A stretch of DNA of 64,000 nt from Podarcis vaucheri (GCA_965113315.1 OZ220368.1), one strand, 5' to 3'; counted from the first letter of the stretch, positions 11,961 to 26,061 are shown. The notes: generated by a model from the sequence alone, not told the origin. Numbers and translations: made by a program.

Positions 11961-14900
11961 AAATTACAAGCATAATCCACAATTTCTGGACACTGGTGGA
12001 GTTTCCAGGGACATGTGTGTTGAATGCCTGCCACTTTGATGCCATTTTATTTTTTTACATTCTCTGGTTTTGTGTGTCCCCACCCCTATCCCCCTGGCCT
12101 AGCATGCACTGCATACAACAGCTGTTCTGTTGATGTAGCAGCACCATCTCTCCAGTCCTGGTGTGATCAGAATAAAGGATTTCTTTGTGAGTTAAGAGTT
12201 GTGCACCGGGCCATACTCTTCTTTCCTCAAGAGCTTAACGACAAGTGCTCTCCAATGACCCGGCATTATGTACAAGTAAAAAAGGAGACCCAGGAGACAT
12301 TGCATGGTAATAAAGAAGAAACTCTTTTAATTGCAGGCTGCTGTGGAGTTGTTACAGTATTTCTCCCATACAACAGAATTTTCCCGCTGACACAGGGTGC
12401 ATATGGTGCTTACACTGGCTACACTGTATATGAGACAAATCACTACAATCTGTGCTGCTGTTTTTATTTCTACAGCAAAGTTTCATCAGAGACATGTACT
12501 TTTTCATTGCATGAAAGTTTAGAAAACTCGCCAGCGCCACCACACCTGCTCCAAGTTCTGCTTTCCTCACTGCAGTTAGAGGCATCCCAGTTAGGGATTT
12601 AGGGCCCAGCTATGGAGGCCAGCCTGTCAGGCACTGGATGCTAGGCTCAAGTGCACCCTCTCCCTGCCTCTTTCCCCCAGGACACCCGAGTTGTCTTCAG
12701 GCTAACAATACTACTTGCATCTACCTCTTGGGGCTTGCTATGAAGTCAATGGATATTTGTATTCCCCTGCTGAATTGGGCTTTGGTTGCCAAACAACCTC
12801 CACAGTGGATTCTGGGAAACCTCCGCCATGGTATTAATAGCACAGTGTTTTCCCAGAACAAGACAACATCTCATTGGGGGGCCTTCTTTTGGAACAGATC
12901 TCTGAGTGGTTCTGCCTGGACCTGCTATGTCAAGTACACCAATGTGATGTCACTGTGCTGCGGTGAAGGAGATGCTCCACAGCTGGAGGTAAGAATCCTT
13001 TCACAGCAGAGTGAAGGATTCAGAGTTCCTGTCTTGTGCTGACATCCCTCATGGCTACCTATTGGACCCACTGCTACTTTAAAAATCTAAAAGACATGGC
13101 TCTAGCAAGAAGATTGAGTAATATTTGATCATTTAGAAAAAGCTTGCCCCTGTAAGAGATCAGGGGAAGGGGGGAACAATTGGTTAAGAGTGCAGGGTCA
13201 GGAACCTGATTCCCCGTTGCATTAGCAGCTACTTTATTTTATTTTAGCTATATATTTGATTAAAACTGCAGCTCATTATGTTACAAGCAGTTTGATCTAA
13301 AGGTGATGGAGGATGGGGTTGCCAAGGTTTATTAAGCAGTTTTGAGGCAACGTGAAAACTATCAGCTGGTAAGAGTAAAGTTAATCCAGAGCAGCCTTAT
13401 TGGGTAAAGATTAGCATTTCCCTCAACTCCTGGAATGCCAGGTGTAGGTAATTTAAGGTAGAAAACACTGATGAGCTCAGCCAAGCTCCAATGGATGAAA
13501 CCCAAGGACTAAGAACGTTGGGATCTTTTCGGATGTGGCCAAGTCTACTCAATTTGTCATTGTTACAGGATGAACCCCCCCCATGTGGTCAATGTGCAGG
13601 TTGAACCTATGCAAAACCAAGCACATTTAACTCTGCATAGGACTGGACTGTTAATATAAGACTATTTACTCCATCCACATAACGAAACCAGCCATATCTA
13701 TGGATCTATGCTTTCAGATTTCATTGGCAACTACATTCCCTGTACTCTTAATAGCTCACCTGTTCCACCCTAAAGCAACAGAGGTGCTGTGGTTAAAATC
13801 GGAAGGCTTTGGCTTCAAGCCCTTCTCGTGACAAGATAAAAAGGCATATACTATCAAACAACGAGGGTGTCTGAAGTCCATCCAGCTCTGATCTGACTGA
13901 TTTGCATTGCAGGTGGGGATGCACACCTGGATCTGTATCAAACCAAAAGCAACGCAGCACAAACTGATGGCACTCACATTTGGATGCAGCCAGTTCATGC
14001 CCACAGATCTTGATCCAAAGAATTAGACCTGCATGTGGAACTTGGTACTACACAGAGACTTCATTTTCTGGATTGGAATGTAAATTTCCTCTGTTGCCTG
14101 TGCTATTGTCTGGAGGCTGCTAGCCAAGTTAAACATATAAAACTAGTGTGCTGGGTATGACTGGCATTCCTCCATAGGGTAAACATTTCAGCAACTTCAG
14201 TATTTATGTGGCTACACCAAAAGGCAGAAACCTGGTATGACCTGATTGTGCCTGAAGGATCAGGATACATAGAATGAATGTGTAAAAGAAAAGGACCCCT
14301 ACCAAGTGGATTCACTCAATAGCTCCTGAGTACTTAGAGTGAAAATACTAGAACTATGGGATACATTCCAGATAGGGGCATTGAATGGAGGGGCCACTGG
14401 AATATTGCTTTTTCCCATCTGGGCTTTTGTGCTTTCTGGAAGTTGTAGTGTGTGCTATAAGAAACTAGATATCCTAAGTGGTCGGATCAGGTATCAACTA
14501 AAGGGGGCAGCTCAATGGCAGATCAGGATTATTATTTTTTCTGAGAATATTCTCAACTGATCCGTCATCATATGATGGCTACAATTTTTGCAAAGTTGGG
14601 TCATGCAAACAACAGGTATGTATATCTATATAAAGGCCACTTGGCCCTCCCCACACTAAAGAGGAAGGTCAAATTTGACTTCAGAAGCACCCCATCTAAC
14701 ACCACCCATTTATGTACTTCAGTTCAACAGTGATCATAATTTCTGGCTCATTCTTGTAATTATGAAATATAGCCTGGGCATGGTCACAAAAGCATGTAGT
14801 GTGCCTGTTTTATCCCTGACAGGAATGAGCCATAAATTTCGGACACCCTCAAGGCATGGTCATCTACTGAGAACATCCATCATAACGTAAAGCTATGGAA

Positions 14901-15031
14901 TGGCTTTGAAAGTGACTGCGTTATAGATAGAGCTAACCCTAATAAAACACACACACACACACACACACAACAGCAGTTACAAGCCCTAACACAAGGAGAC
15001 TCAATGGAGCAACTGCTCAAGGCATCTAACA

Positions 15032-15037
15032 TTTAAT
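15032..15037 (-). terminator. Candidate distal poly(A) signal (ATTAAA) of SLC6A17
   Basis: ATTAAA on the minus strand, followed by GU-rich/(TG)n sequence and preceded by an AU-rich 3'UTR-like block at 15180-15390. Confidence 0.4.
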
Positions 15038-15879
15038 CCCACCACTTCCCAATTCTAACGCCTAGCAAAATGCCACAATGTAATACTGTTATATTTCCAC
15101 AGAAATAATGAAGGCAGTGCCCTTCTGTGCTCTCCCCACCCACCCCACCCCCAAGTGGGCAGCTCAGCAGGGTGTGGTCACCAGTCGTACACTAAAAAAT
15201 TATAAATATATCAAATATACAGTAAAATAGATCTGTACAGCACTGAGAATGAAAATAGTTCACGGATCACTTTGGAATATGCTTTGTCATTTAACAGAAT
15301 TTACACCAACATTTACAGAATAAATATACAATAGAAATAGAAACTATAGGTTACTCTCTCTATATACACACATATACTATAGTGTTTCTTTTTCTTCCCA
15401 TTGCTGCTGGCATTATGCCACAGGATAAGAGAAGGAAATGCAATGGACCCACCTCAGAACCAGAGGCATGGCCCACTCAAATGGTGGCCAAGATCCATAG
15501 CAACATGGCACAGATCTGCTTCACCTGAGCATCCGAACTACTCACTCCAGGTGCACTGCTTTACATTGGTTCTAGTCCTATGGAACTTGGAAAATAATGT
15601 GCTAATGTGCATAAGCTGAGAATGCACAGCAACAGAAATACATATAGATGAAGAGGTTTGCAAGTCCCTAGCAACCTCCACTCTAAAGGAGATAACATTG
15701 GAAGAAGAGGAAGAAAGAGCATAGGCTGGGAAAGAGAACAATGGAACTAGTAATGGACTTCCTATGGGGGCTAATTATGTAACAGCTCATCAGCAGACCT
15801 TCTGAAGCTGATTTCCATAGTTCCCCACTAGGCTACAGTAGCCACCTCCTAAGCTCAATTAACCATATTTGTAAGGTAA

Positions 15880-16066
15880 GAAACAAGGAAACGCCATGGT
15901 GCATCTGCAACAGCGAAATTGGATGCCTTCATCTGCCCTAGCTGCAATAAAACAAGTCTCTCTCATATCTGTACAGCTACAGCAGGTGCTGTAACCCTCC
16001 AATGGTTTGGCTTTACCCACAATGGTGCGCTCTTTCATTGCCTCTCAAGACAGATGGATGCCAACG
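15880..16066 (+). mobile_element. Degenerate RTE-clade LINE 3' end
   Basis: Remnant zinc-finger-like FICPSCNKT and terminal CATTG..TC..GACAGATGGATGCCAAC resembling RTE 3' ends. Confidence 0.5.
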
Positions 16067-19000
16067 AGGGGCCAGAGAAAGACACACAAAAGGAAGAAAC
16101 ACAAAAGAAGGAAACTTCTAGATTGCAATTCTTTCAGCTACATCTCTCCTTTGTCACAACTCCAAAGTTGCCACCACCACACAGTAAGTGGAAGGCCAAA
16201 GCCTCCTCTTCAACCCAAAACATAAGGCCTCAAAATCCCATCACAAGATAGGCATTGTGTTGGGGACAATGTTCCATTTCATTGCTCAGATTCAAAGCTC
16301 ATTTATTCTCTGCTTCTGACTGACGAAGATGGTGCCGGGACAAGTCTCTGCCGAGCCTTGATCAAATCAATTATATTGACATGCTCCTCAATTTTAGTCA
16401 AACCACACCCACACCCACACCTTCTATAAACAGCAACCATCACAAAAGGTAATGGGTTGGGTCTCCTCTGAACCCTTTGCAATTTGTGTAATCCAAGTCC
16501 TGCAATAGGCATTCATTACACCTTTGCAACCAGTATTCTGATGGTAGAAAGGAGTATCATTGGAATTGATGGGGCTTATTTCCTTAGCAATGTGTTTAGG
16601 ATTAAAGAAAAAGCAACACAGAGCTGGCAGTCTGTCATGATCTCCAAAAGAGTGTGTCAGGCTGTCATTAGGTAAAAACAGCACACTGTGCCTTACAGGT
16701 TACCACCATTCCTTCTTCCCTGCTATTTTAGATGCTTTTGGGTCATGTCACATATTCAAGGTCTCCACGTGTTTTCTTCACAGGATCACACCACTGGTGG
16801 GGAAATATTAGTGTAGACCAGCAGTACATGAAGAGGCTTTGAACAATTCCCATAATTGCAGGGTGGGGCCTGGAGAAGTGCTGCACTTATCCTGCAAACG
16901 TGCTACTGCGTACTGCTTAATTCACATCCTTTGGCCGTGTACCTGCATGCAAAACTGTACAGAGAAAACAAGGGAGCCTCAAATGTGTGGAGCAACCTTG
17001 AGGTTGGACATAGCAAAACACTGCCACCCACTGGCACTAGGGATGGATAGATCAGCTTTGCATGTGTTCATTCATAAGTCTGTTCCATTATGCTTTTGCA
17101 GGGATCAGTGGTTTTTTTAAAAAAAACCCCAGAAAAATCAACATTTTTAAATGTATTTTTTCACAGTGCACAAATTTTCATACACATTCTAACCTAAAAT
17201 ATGCATTTTACATATTTTTACATTTTGAGTGTAAAAATCACAAAATTCAGAGAAGTGCAAAAGGATGGCTGCACCCAAATCTATGTATTCATCTAGGAAG
17301 TGCAAATCAAGATATTCCTGCTTTAAAAAGCAGACCAAACTAAAACAAACCAGATTGAAGCCAAATCAGAACAGAGAACAGAAAGAGGGCCATTGTCTTG
17401 CCAAGGTGTAAAATGTGATGAACTACTGGCATGCATATGCAATGGCACAGGCAAACCAAATAATCAGTAAACCCTGTAAAGCAGCTCTTTGTTTCAGGAA
17501 CCAGAGAGAATGTGGATTTTAGACAGTCTGGTGTTCTGCTCCCTTTTCACATGCCTGGCATTTTCCTGACAACACAACCTGCTGTTCCATAATGAATAAG
17601 CCTTGACATTTTTCATTCCCATACAAAATAGACACTAACATTTATTGGTGTGCCTCAATGTAGGGTTTTCTTTTTTTAAAAAAAAAAGACGATACCCTAA
17701 CCCTTTCCAGCTATATTAAGCTAAAGGGATAAAGGCAAGAGAGGAAAGGGTTGGGTTGGGAAGCCAGGCTTCCTCGCTTGCTTCTGTTGCTGACTCACAC
17801 TGAAATAGACTTAACAATCTCTCCATTTCCTCACTTTCAAAGGGCCATGTAGAGTTCAGCTAATTTTTGCTTAGGGGGTTCAGAGATGCATCTATTAAAA
17901 AATATTGTCAGGCAAAGGGATTGGTTTCCAAAGCAGCTAAGCTCCCCAGAGGCCGAGAGTCTGCATGAAGCAACTCAAGAGAAATTCTACAGGGACTAAA
18001 CAAGTAATACAGAGTGGAATTTATTCAAGGAGGCTGCAAGAGGCTTCCGGTGAATTGAATCAGAAGAACGATAGCAGGGATAGGCATCTGGAGGCATGCC
18101 CTTAAGGTGTTGCTGGACTACAACTCCCATTTTCCTGGACCACTGGCCATGCCATGCTGAGTGGAGCTGGAGGGGGTTGGAGTGCAGCTACACCTGGACG
18201 ACAGCACGTTGGTTACTCCTGCCTTAAGAGGGTAAAGCAGAGAGCGGGGAAAGAGTAGCAGGGAGATTTTGCATGCCGAAGAAGAGGCAAAAACAAACCA
18301 GGACACAAGGAGCTTTCCATCTGATATGACGAATTCCCTTCGGTTCCAACAGGACCTAGGATGGATTGCCACCTCACTAAATGTCTTCCTATTTTTTTTG
18401 TACTCTAGGTCCTGGGAGTCTAAGAAGTGCCGAAAAGTTTCCGCAAGCTGAGACTCTGCGGAGAGTAGCTACTGCTAATGGCAAAAGACAGCAGGTGCTC
18501 TGGTCAGGTAACACAGAATTGTTTGCCATGGCAACTGCCCCAGTGCAGCAAGGCCCACAACACAGAACAGCCAGGTCTGGGGGGTTTCCTGAGCTACAAC
18601 AAGCCTCTTTGATTGGAGGGGGTGGGGAGAGCTGAAAGTGATGTGGGGAGAAATTCCCACTACAAGTGCAAGCATGTGCATTTTTTTCCTCAGAATTCCC
18701 ACTATGTTCAGTGGTGCTTACACCAAGGTAGGGATGGAGAAGAATTTGGTTTAGTCTGCATTTTAAGTGAACTGATCTCATTCACACCTCCCAGACTAAT
18801 ACATGGATTGAAATGTAATTATGCTTCTCCTAATTTTACAATTCACTTCTTGGCCTAAAAATGTACCAAAATGTGGTTGCTGTTGTTTCACACTTCTCCT
18901 AATTTTACAATTCACTTATTGGCCTAAAAATGTACCAAAATGTGGTTGCTGTTGTTGTTTTTTAAAAATGACTATGGAACTCATAATTCACAATTGTTTT

Positions 19001-19292
19001 TTTCTGCAGCAGAACTTAGTCCTCACTTTCTTTCTTTCTGTTTAACATGCCTTCTTTCTGTTTAACATGCCTTTTACATCTGGATGGGGATCTTACTGAT
19101 GCCTGTTTTGGGAAGGGGTCCTGCAACTAGAGAAAGGGAAAGGAGTAACATAATACCCAATAAATTTAGTATTTACACCAGCTGTAAATTACAGTACTGT
19201 ACTGTAAATTACAGTAGCTGGGCTGTAGCATTTAGCTATTATTATTTTCATACTGAATATGTTTTGAAACACTTGAAATATATTTATGTGTA

Positions 19293-19659
19293 AAAGGTAA
19301 AGGTAAAGGTACCCCTGCCCGAACGGGCCAGTCTTGACAGACTCTGGGGTTTGTGCGCCCATCTCACATCTATAGGCCGGGGGCCAGCGCTGTCCGGAGA
19401 CACTTCCGGGTCACGTGGCCAGCGTGACAAAGCTGCATCTGGCGAGCCAGAGCCGCACACGGAACGCTGTTTACCTTCCCGCTGGTAAGCGGTCCCTATT
19501 TATCTACTTGCACCCGGGGGTGCTTTCGAACTGCTAGGTTGGCAGGCGCTGGGACCGAGCAGCGGGAGCGCACCCCGCCGCGGGGATTCGAACTGCCGAC
19601 CTTTCGATCGGCAAGCCCTAGGCGTTGAGGCTTTAGCCCACAGCGCCACCCGCGTCCCT
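19293..19659 (-). mobile_element. Full-length young Sauria SINE (Squam1)
   Basis: Minus strand starts GGGACGCGGGTGGCGCTGTGG, has B box GTTCGAATCC and ends (ACCTTT)n. 14-bp TSD TATATTTATGTGTA at 19279-19292 and 19660-19673; CpGs retained. Confidence 0.93.
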
Positions 19660-19732
19660 TATATTTATGTGTAGATATATATATATATTTAATCCAAATA
19701 AATATATGATTTCCATGTTATGATGAACTATT

Positions 19733-19734
<2 letters not shown>

Positions 19735-19769
<35 letters not shown>
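19735..19769. repeat. (TAA)n microsatellite
   Basis: Direct reading. Confidence 0.9.
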
Positions 19770-19770
<1 letters not shown>

Positions 19771-21910
19771 CCCACCCATCCGGCTGGGCCTCCCCAGCCA
19801 CTTTTAAGTATGTATTTCAATCTACATACTTACATTTAATTTTCATATGGATTTTTTAAAAAGAAATCTGAAAATTAATGTGGAAACAGGGTAGAACTGA
19901 CTTATGAATAAACACATGAAAAGCTGACATGGATGAGAAGTAGACCAATCTGTTCAACCCTACTCCCAAATGCCTGAGCACAGGATTGTAAGCTCAGGCT
20001 GTGTTGCAATGAATGCATGGAGATAGTATCTGTGGGTATCCATTTAAAGTGGTTTGCACAGCACACCTGGTTGGATCAGTCAACTGTCACTGGAACCAAC
20101 ACTGCTATCTGCTGCAAGCATGCGCTTCCGGAGCCAGACATGTCCCCTAACTTAAGGCCACGAAAGAGCTGCTCATGAGACAAGCTGCCCCCATGTTAGC
20201 AAGCATGAAAAGATTCTCAGAGTTCCATTTTCCTCATCTTATACTCTTCCAGCAGGAGAAAGCAATATAGCTTTTGGCCATGGATCTTTCTACAGATCAG
20301 TGACCATGACTATATGCTCTCAAATCACCTTAACCATAAAGCACTTAAAGCAGCTTCTGCACATTTAGCCATTGGCAGCATAAATATCATATGCAACAGC
20401 ACAAGAGTCTGTTGCACTTTGATTTTTCGGGGGCAGGTTTGTGGCAGCGGTGCCCTTCTGCTGTTCTCCAGCAGGCAAAATGTGTGCTCCCACAGACTCA
20501 CTGTGCAGAGGGGAGGGCTCAAACTGCAAATGAAGAAATAAAGAAAGAAAGATCTTTAAGAGATTTTTTAAAATTCAGTGGCATATATGAGCAACATTCT
20601 TTTAAAGAACCCCATTAAGTGTGTACTCCCACACAGGAACTGCATGACCTCCTAGTTACTAAAATGAAAATAACAGAAAACCTTTAAGATAGGGTTCAGT
20701 CACCAGCTGAATGTGACTAACCAGAGGTTGGATGGAGCTGAATCACTATTCATTAAAAATGTTATCAGCTGCATCCTAGATGACTGTGACACATGCACAG
20801 CCACATTCACAAGAGTAAAAGGCAATGACTGCACCATCTGATGGAAAATGCAACAGACCCAACACACTTAGACTACCTTGAAAGATGTTGCGCACTCTCT
20901 TCAGTAAGAACCTTTATTATTATTATTATTACTATTTTTAAAGGTGCTTTTAATGTCGCAAAACTGACAGCAAAAAGACTCCGGCATGCACTCACAGTGC
21001 TTGCAGAGTATGGCTGCTACTGAAAAAGTTTATGTCAGATGGTGTATTTGATAAAATGGCTGAGGTCACAGCCTGCTCAGAGTTATGTAGATATCGGGAG
21101 TGACACCACAAATTCCAGAAAATTTACATTGATGGAACAGTTTTCTGATTCTAGCGTATGCACATGGCACATACCTGAATTTGCACCACTGCGTGAGCAG
21201 ATGTTTGGTGAAGGAATACTGCAAGTAACATTAGCACGCATACCAATGCAAACTTCACTGAAACGAGATCCCATTGTTTCTTACTGTTTTTGATCCAACA
21301 TCAGCAATGACGTGGCAGGTATCACATGATGGCATCGCCAGGCATTGTAATGTGCTGCCTACATAAAATATATCTTGGCCCAGACTTGCAAGAAGTGTTG
21401 ACCAAGAATGTGCTATTTGGAGATTATCAGAGTGTAAAACCACAGGTGGTCTGGTAGAATCCATACCAAGAGGACTGATCTTCCTTGTGCTATGAACGGT
21501 AGTGGTTAAACATACTCAGTGGAATGAGGCATATCTCTTTTCCCAACTAGAGGAACGGGATGGACAAGGAGAGAGATCCAGAAAACATGATGCTCTTTTC
21601 TTTGGCTGTTGCCTTAACTTATCCCCCTTTTCCAGCCTCTTATATAGGAGCAATTTGTGTTTTTCAATGCCAATTGGCTAAAAATTGCCTTATGCCTATA
21701 AAAATTTATTGCAATGTCTTATTACTATTATTCACTGAGGAGGGATCTGGCATTTCAGCTGGAGAAGGCCCCTTCCCACGTCTACCCTCTCTTGACATCA
21801 TCTAGTCCCTGTCTGCTGTAAATTCTGGGAAGGGGTTCTAAAGCAGAGGTTCCTTCTCCTGGACCTCCTCTCCTTTACCCAGCAAACAGAGGGAGGTTGC
21901 TGGTTGACGG

Positions 21911-22279
21911 TCACAGTTCAGATTCGGGAGTGGTAGCCGTAAGGTACCCGCTACTGTAGCGTCCATTGGCAACGCTGCTCATCTCCATTGGGGATGTGCT
22001 CCCGGGGCCTAGATAAGAACGATGTGTAGGCATTGGGGAAGGGGTTTCACTGGGTACTTTACTCAAGATGAAACGTGTCTCATCGTTGTCTTCTAAGTTG
22101 GATATGTCCTTCATTATACGCCCCTTCTTGTAAGTGACAGAAAGAGCATTGGAACCATCTGACACCAGGTGAAACTGGCGGAGGATGAAGACGACCGGCA
22201 GAGGAAGGGTGGCCAGGATGATCAGTGAGACAAGGATGCCCATTGCCCATTTGGGGTAATAGAGATATTTCTCTGCTGC
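21911..22279 (-). CDS. SLC6A17: SLC6A17 last coding exon (exon 12), ends ...TPESEL*
   Basis: Acceptor CTTCCAG|GCA; AAEKYLYYPKWAMGIL...PESEL TGA; 369 nt. Sum of coding exons is 2178 nt (725 aa). Confidence 0.95.
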   Translation of the reverse strand, partial: AAEKYLYYPKWAMGILVSLIILATLPLPVVFILRQFHLVSDGSNALSVTYKKGRIMKDISNLEDNDETRFILSKVPSETPSPMPTHRSYLGPGSTSPMEMSSVANGRYSSGYLTATTPESEL

Positions 22280-23148
22280 CTGGAAGAGAAGGGAAAACGC
22301 AGTTGGCAGTTGGCATTCATCAGCCTCGACACAAGTGAGGTCCTTGAAGTGATCAAGTTGCTATTTCTGTGGCAGCAAGGCAAGTAAAGTATGCTGCTTG
22401 TATTCCCATCTCCAAGAGAAGGGCCAGCATGTACTGCAAGGGGAAAATCTTATACATGGAAAGGATTTTTGCCAAAAGGTCTTTCTCACCCCTCTGTTCC
22501 CTTTTCTGCATACGCACCCTGAAACACCTGCCAAAGGGTTAATCTCTCAAGAGCACACTGCATTAGAACATTTTGCTCTTGCAGGTGGCAACCCCCACTT
22601 AAATAAAATGCTAATAAAGAGGCAGTAGCTTCCCATAGTTACACAAAGCTGGACCAACAATTTTCCTGCAGAATAAACAAACGTTTACATGAATGTTCAG
22701 ATTCCATACCTTGAAATACTGCTCCTTAACCTTGGACTACCCTAAAAAGCAAGGGAGCATTTGCAACACTGGGATTTCAACCACTGTTACTCTACATGGC
22801 TAAGATAGCCTCTCACTCCCAATTCCTTGGAAGGATGACCAGAAATCCATGCCAGCTCTGTCTGGAATCATCTCCAGCAGGATACTGGCTAGTTGGGTTT
22901 TATGGTGTATCTGCAACCTCCGTGGCCACAGCTCTGGAAGCAGGAGGAAATGCAAGGTACTCTGGTATAAGGATGAGGCCTCTCTGTCCTTCAAGTGGAT
23001 GCTGGCCTAACAATTGCACAAATGATCACAGCCATTTGCAGCGAGGACCCTGTGGCTTCACTGTATAGTATGTGGGTTGGTTGCCAATTGGTACACAGCC
23101 TGTGGATTTGTAGCCTTTGGGGGGATGCACTTTTATTTGCCAACTCAC

Positions 23149-23311
23149 CTCTTCTCGGATCCAGGCATTATAACCTGGAGGACTGACAGCTAGCTGGATC
23201 ACACTGGCTGTCATCAGGCCAGCCATGCAAATGGGCGAGATGTACTTCCATGTGTAGAAGTAAAACCGGTAAGGGCGGAATCCCAGCATCTCTGTTAATT
23301 CTTGCATGAAT
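23149..23311 (-). CDS. SLC6A17: SLC6A17 exon 11 (163 nt)
   Basis: CCTAG|A acceptor, GAG|GTGAGT donor; FMQELTEMLGFRPYRFYFYTWKYISP. Confidence 0.95.
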
Positions 23312-23579
23312 CTAGGAAGAAGAAAGGAAGAAAGCAAACAGATGATGAAGCACAAGGTTCCTTGCTCTTTACTTCCCCTTGATTTGGATGGAGAGATTTG
23401 GATGGGAACTCTGGTGGGGCCAGAAGTCCAAAGAAGCATCAAGAAGCCTGAGTGCTTCAAGAACAATGAAACCCATTGTAGTGGTAAGAGGGGCAAAGCA
23501 TTCAAAGCCAAATGCTTAGGAATTCAGACAAGCCTGTAGGAATATGAACAGGCTAACCCTCCTGGAAATAAATGCTTAC

Positions 23580-23739
23580 TTCTTGGTGCCGTAAATCCAA
23601 GCCACCGCAATGTTTTCCAGGATGACTACGAGGGTGAGTGGCAGCGTTGCAGAGTAATCATCAAACATGTTGACAAAGTAGTTGCCTGAGCGTTGCACAA
23701 AGATCAGCCCCACGAAGAAAGCAAAAATGCAGCAGCCAA
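23580..23739 (-). CDS. SLC6A17: SLC6A17 exon 10 (160 nt)
   Basis: TTTACAG|TT acceptor, AA|GTAAGC donor; [25 protein letters not shown]. Confidence 0.95.
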
Positions 23740-26061
23740 CTGTAAAGAGCAGATCACAGTAACCGTCAGCCACACGAGGGCATGCAAAACTGCTGCAGGA
23801 TCCAAAAGGCAAACTGATAATATTGTTTCTACCAAAGAGCAGCAACATACTACAAGTATCATGAGATGCGTGTGCATGGGAAAGACTTTAAGGGCAGGAA
23901 TTAGAGAGAGATTAGAGCTCTTCAGATACACAAACAGTGCATCAATATGTTAGAGCTATTCAAACGTACAAAAAGTGCTTCAGGGTATATCGGTGACAAG
24001 CGCTCTACTTCGACAGGGGAGAGTTTGAGGCTATACTAGATAATCTGGGAAAGTGTTAAAGTTATCACATTGTTGCTCACTGTGATATAGGGAAACATCT
24101 TCTCTTCATTAAGTGTTATTGAGGCTGTGAAGTCCAGCACTTAAAATGTCCCAAATTCATGTCTACCTGTGCAATACTAACTAGATCCCAAGTTCCTTAT
24201 ATTTGCAGAATTGTTGCAAAAATTATTATAACTTAACTTCCTCTTGAAGAGTCACCCATTTCTTGATTCACTTGACGAAAGCACCCTTTTCCCAATTTCC
24301 AGGCCAGGATGAACTGGATTTGGATGTTAGTAACCTAGGTCACTCTGACTTTTGCAGTCTAATGCCCACTTTGAATCTTACAAAACATCTTTCACATCAC
24401 CTCTGGTCATAATAGTACCCACATGTCAGTTCTCCAACATGACTCATTCAATTCAATTCACCATAGGAGTAGAGTCTGAATATATATTGAGGTGCATGGA
24501 AAAAATGACCCCGTGCTGAAGATACAATAGAGCTGTGCTGATGAGATTCCTGATTTTTCAGACTGAGCCAACTTCAAAAAATTATGCATTTGTTGCCCCT
24601 GTTTGTCCTATATCATGGAGTTGGGTCAGTGAGCTTCAAGTTGGTATGTCTGTTGCTCTATGGCTATAATATCACTCCTGCAGAAAAAGTAACTCCAAAG
24701 CCAGTTTCATACATGACAAAATGTCTTACCTACAAGGCCACATATCCTGCATGTAGCTTGCTGATAAATGAATGCACATCGACTTTGTTAATGTGCATAT
24801 ACCTGACAGAAGTAGGCCACCACTGGCACCTCCTCTACTTGGTGATCATGGTAAAACAGACACGTGTGTGGCAAGCTATGTGTGGGATTCACCCAACTTT
24901 CCACATGTGGCTTCTATGCAAGAAATTTTATCCTATACGTAGAAGCCCCAACTGGCCACTATGGGGAAACAGAGTTAAGGCAAGCACAACATTTGGTTTC
25001 GGTGAATTTTAAGTACTTGATTTCACTATTTAAAAGTTTAAGGTTGCAATCTTAGACACACTTCTTTGAGATTAAGCTCCGTTGAACACTGTGTGGCTTA
25101 TTTCTAAGCAAACATTCATAGGAGTGCCCTATAAATTGCTCTTAAACTTTTAATATGCAATGTAATCTTTAGAGAAATGTAAAACAAAATCTGCTACATA
25201 CAAATCTGCAAGTATCTAGGCAGGTAGGCATGTGGAGCTCAGAGAAGGTATTATATACCTCAGAAACACCCCCTTAACTTTACTGAGCTTATCTGCAATG
25301 ATAGGTCCTGACTGGAAGGCTCACATCAGGCTTCAGATGTGGATGCTTTTTTGAATGATGAGTTTAAATGATGGTGTTTGCTTTTGTCACTGCAATGGAA
25401 TTTGTTACCAGTGCTTCATACCCTGGGTTGCTTAATGGGGTTTTACATAGCTTGCTAATTTGGACATGTGCATTGAATTGATTCTACCAGAGTTTGGCAT
25501 GCAATGAAGTGGTCAATTCATAACCCGAGGCACATCTGGGCTACTATCCATTGAAACCACTGTGATTTACTTTGAAGTAACTAAAACATTCTTAGATTGC
25601 ACGGTGAATATGCTACTAGCAGCCATTTGGATCAGCTTTGTAGTGGTATGATAAATGTGGAGGTTTGATGAAATATTCACAAAATCATTTTGAAACTTTC
25701 CAAACTCAGCCCAGATCTACTCACCCATAAACCCTCCACAGTTTGGTCTTATGAAATGACCCAAAATCATCAGTTCCCCAGATACTGCCACATTATCACA
25801 GTGTGTGAGCTTCCCAATGTTGACAGGCACCCCTTAACCCCCAAATCCCTCTGCTCTTTTTGGGGACAGCAAATATATTTCAGTAATAGAAACATTGGTT
25901 CAGCTCTGATGTTATGCCATGACTTTTAAGAATTACAATTTGATCCCATCCAGCAACGTATTTTGTAGCACAAGTCTTGGCCAGAACTAAATGATGTCAT
26001 TGCATGCACAACAGTGCTACTCTGTGAATGGTTTCTTGAGTTTCCCCAAGAGAGAACTTAC

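Noticed and set aside
12024-13042. 192-aa and 134-aa intergenic ORFs
   Set aside because: No recognisable family and no supporting exon structure.
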